From positions 1 through 35,294 of the IMG/VR virus record IMGVR_UViG_3300043394_000364: DNA of 35,294 nucleotides. One strand, 5' to 3'. This document shows, piece by piece, positions 35,003 through 35,294 of this stretch; the first letter of the stretch is position 1; every line of letters begins with the position of its first letter. This DNA comes from a virus (lineage: Duplodnaviria > Caudoviricetes). Below the pieces are notes generated by a model that made no database searches, was not told the DNA's origin, and was given only the letters and a program-made list of their open reading frames with translations. A program made the translations under genes and the position numbers.

Positions 35003-35274
35003 TGCGCGCACTTCTCATCCTCGCAGCCGTCGCCCTTGGCGGCTGCTCAACACTCAACAAGTACGGCATTGGTGGCCCGCCCAAACTCGGGTGCAATGTG
35101 TCCACAGGCCAGGCGTACTTGATCGACCCGATCTTCGGCCCCGACGAAGTTGTGATCGCGGCAGTGCGCCGATTCCAGGACGTTGACGACAAGTGCCATC
35201 CCAAGGCTACGACTCTGGAGCGTGCGCCATCGCATGCGCCTAGTACGCCGCTTGCCAAGCCGGCCAGCTTGTAG
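34999..35274 (+). CDS. Lipoprotein (spanin candidate)
   Basis: Signal peptide with lipobox LGGC; follows endolysin. Confidence 0.6.
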   Translation: MMRALLILAAVALGGCSTLNKYGIGGPPKLGCNVSTGQAYLIDPIFGPDEVVIAAVRRFQDVDDKCHPKATTLERAPSHAPSTPLAKPASL

Positions 35275-35294
35275 GCGCGCGCCTGGCGGGGTGG

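Noticed and set aside
1-35294. CRISPR array, tRNA, IS element or integrase
   Set aside because: No regularly spaced repeats, cloverleaf, transposase or recombinase motifs found by inspection.

Overview
The window is most of a GC-rich temperate, P22-like (podovirus-type) phage or prophage genome, probably from a betaproteobacterial host (inferred from the SSB sequence and GC content). Left to right it holds: a leftward early operon (small ORFs, ssb, YqaJ exonuclease, ERF recombinase); a lambdoid immunity switch (HTH-only repressor, Cro/YdaS, four 19-bp operators over PL and PR); replication genes; terminase, portal, scaffold and coat; an unusually large set of tail and adhesion proteins; ejection proteins; and a lysis cassette. 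No integrase, integron integrase, Q antiterminator, tRNA or CRISPR array is visible. The most striking observation is two integron attC-like sites (627-698 and 1135-1225) bracketing a phage gene in the early operon. The gene is inverted relative to the attC polarity, and its RBS and start codon lie inside the attC loop, which suggests a phage-borne gene-cassette system. Other notable items are a conserved hairpin motif following three internal sigma70-like promoters in the late region and a minimal protein-kinase-like gene among the tail genes. All family assignments come from motif recognition by eye, not from database searches.
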